From: an uncultured Pelagibacteraceae bacterium
GTDB taxonomy: Bacteria > Pseudomonadota > Alphaproteobacteria > Pelagibacterales > Pelagibacteraceae
Assembly (NCBI GenBank): GCA_902564565.1
Contig: CACFBW010000005.1
Coordinates: 3,424-67,423 of the forward strand
Direction of reading: 5' to 3'
Length of the DNA stretch: 64,000 nt
Shown here: positions 62,397 to 64,000 of the stretch, in pieces
Numbering within the stretch: position 1 is the first letter of the stretch
Layout: each line of letters starts with the position of its first letter
The notes under the pieces: model-generated
What the model saw: the letters and a program-made list of their open reading frames with translations, nothing else
What the model was told of the DNA's origin: nothing
Database searches by the model: none
Position numbers and translations under genes: made by a program

Positions 62397-63398
62397 TTAA
62401 AAACCTATAATTTTTTTCATTTCTTTTACCTTTGTTGAGGCAAATTCATTAGCTTTTTCAGTACCTTCTAATAAAATTTTGTCTAAATGCTTTTCCTCAT
62501 TTAATAATTTTTTGATTTCTTCAGAAATTGGCTCGATTTTTTCAACTAATAAGTTAGAAAGTTTTTCTTTAAAATCTGAAAAATTTTTACCACTAAATTC
62601 ACTTTTAGATTTTTCAATACTTTGATTTGATAGACTCGAATAAATTTCTAATAAATTTAGTGCCTCAGGTCTATTTTTTAAATCTTCTTCTTTATTAGGC
62701 ATTGGCATCGTATCTGTTTTTGCTTTTTTAATTTTATTTATTATTTTATCTTTATCATCCGTAAGATTTATTCTACTCAAATCAGATGGATCAGACTTGC
62801 TCATTTTTTTTGTACCATCTTTTAAACTCATAATTCTTGAAAAGTGTTTTTGAATTAATGGATCCGGAACTTTTAAAAAATTTGGAGCTTCAAAGTCATT
62901 GTTAAATCTTTGTGCAATATCTCTACATAGTTCTAAGTGTTGTTTTTGATCATCACCAACTGGCACATGTGTGGCATCATAAAGCAATATATCGGCTGCC
63001 ATTAAAACTGGATAAGCATAGAGTCCAATGCTTGCTTTTTCTTTGTCCTTTCCAGCTTTTTCTTTAAACTGCGTCATTCTATTTAACCAACCCATTCTTG
63101 CTACACAACTTAAAATCCACGCACCCTCAGCATGAGCAGGAACCGATGATTGGTTAAAAATTATACTTTTTTTTTCATTTAATCCACTCGCAATGAAGAC
63201 GGCCAAAGTTTCTCTAATATTTTTTCTTAATTTTTTTGGATCCTGTTTTACAGTAATTGCATGCAAATCGACAATACAATAAACGCATTCTGTATTTTTT
63301 TCATTTTGAAGTTCGACAAAATTTTTAATAGCACCCAAATAATTACCAAGATGCAAATTACCTGAAGGTTGAACACCGGAAAAAATTTTTTTAGACAT
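62397..63398 (-). CDS. trpS: Tryptophan--tRNA ligase
   Basis: [14 protein letters not shown] and KMSKS. Confidence 0.97.
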   Translation of the reverse strand: MSKKIFSGVQPSGNLHLGNYLGAIKNFVELQNEKNTECVYCIVDLHAITVKQDPKKLRKNIRETLAVFIASGLNEKKSIIFNQSSVPAHAEGAWILSCVARMGWLNRMTQFKEKAGKDKEKASIGLYAYPVLMAADILLYDATHVPVGDDQKQHLELCRDIAQRFNNDFEAPNFLKVPDPLIQKHFSRIMSLKDGTKKMSKSDPSDLSRINLTDDKDKIINKIKKAKTDTMPMPNKEEDLKNRPEALNLLEIYSSLSNQSIEKSKSEFSGKNFSDFKEKLSNLLVEKIEPISEEIKKLLNEEKHLDKILLEGTEKANEFASTKVKEMKKIIGF

Positions 63399-63402
63399 TA
63401 AT

Positions 63403-64000
63403 TTAATACTTTAAATTAATATCACTAATTTTGAAAGCCCTGATCAAAAACGCAATTAATAAATAAGAAATAAGTCCAACTACTACAATTCCTATAAGAA
63501 AAACTGATTTTAAACTTTGGTTATAAGCAAGATTCGTTTCAAAAAAAATTATTAAATAATAAATGAAAATTCCCATAATTATTGAAGAACATAACATCCT
63601 AAAAAATCTTGAAATAAATACTAAATTAAAATTAAAAAAATTATCTTTTTTTAAGAAAATAAATAACAAAATAGAATTAAACCAAGAAGAAATGGTAGTG
63701 GCGATAGGAATGATTATAAATCCAACATTTTTAAAAAAAATAATACTTATTAAAATATTCAATAAAACAGAAACTAAAGAAATATAAAAAGGTAATTTAG
63801 TATTGTGTCTTGCAAAATAAAAACTGGAAAAAACTTTTATTAAAGAAAATGCTGGAAGTCCAAGCGCAAAATAAAATAATGCTTTAGAAGAATTTTTAAC
63901 TGATACTTCGTCAAATGATCCGTAACCAAATAAAGCAGATATAATTTGTTCAGACGCGATCAATAAAGCTATAGTGGCTGGTAAACTTAAAAATAAACTT
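63403..64000 (-). CDS. murJ: Lipid II flippase, 3' part (runs off the right edge)
   Basis: [14 protein letters not shown] and [10 protein letters not shown] MviN C-terminal pattern; adjacent to trpS. Confidence 0.9.
   Translation of the reverse strand, partial: SLFLSLPATIALLIASEQIISALFGYGSFDEVSVKNSSKALFYFALGLPAFSLIKVFSSFYFARHNTKLPFYISLVSVLLNILISIIFFKNVGFIIIPIATTISSWFNSILLFIFLKKDNFFNFNLVFISRFFRMLCSSIIMGIFIYYLIIFFETNLAYNQSLKSVFLIGIVVVGLISYLLIAFLIRAFKISDINLKY

Overview
Very AT-rich, gene-dense chromosomal segment of a streamlined marine alphaproteobacterium. Gene content, gene order and minimal intergenic spacers point to SAR11/Pelagibacterales (inference). It is mostly core genome: gltDB, aceEF, thiolase, a TAXI-TRAP/aminotransferase/acetoacetyl-CoA synthetase cluster, helicase-fdxA-carD, argH-lysA-plsC, dnaAN, rpsT, ubiEB-coaBC-dut, katG-irr-fabABI, pnp-rpsO-rbfA-infB-nusA, metK-lnt-ybeY-phoH-miaB-fur-tsaB, nfuA-trpS-murJ, plus two tRNAs. 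No mobile element, prophage or CRISPR was seen. The most interesting signals are missing from the ORF track or hidden in domain architecture. (1) A 23-aa protamine/histone-H1-like microprotein (MAKRRKKAKKKAKKKAKKRRRRR) has its own promoter, SD and terminator and converges on a CarD with a Lys-rich N-terminal extension. (2) The pyruvate dehydrogenase carries its lipoyl domain on E1 (AceE), while E2 (AceF) has none. (3) A 58-aa Cys-rich microprotein lies behind tandem Fur-like boxes at the end of an Irr-boxed katG. (4) A second basic microprotein and a tmRNA-3'-like hairpin follow fabI. (5) The dnaA leader may be structured, with an NrdR-like box upstream.
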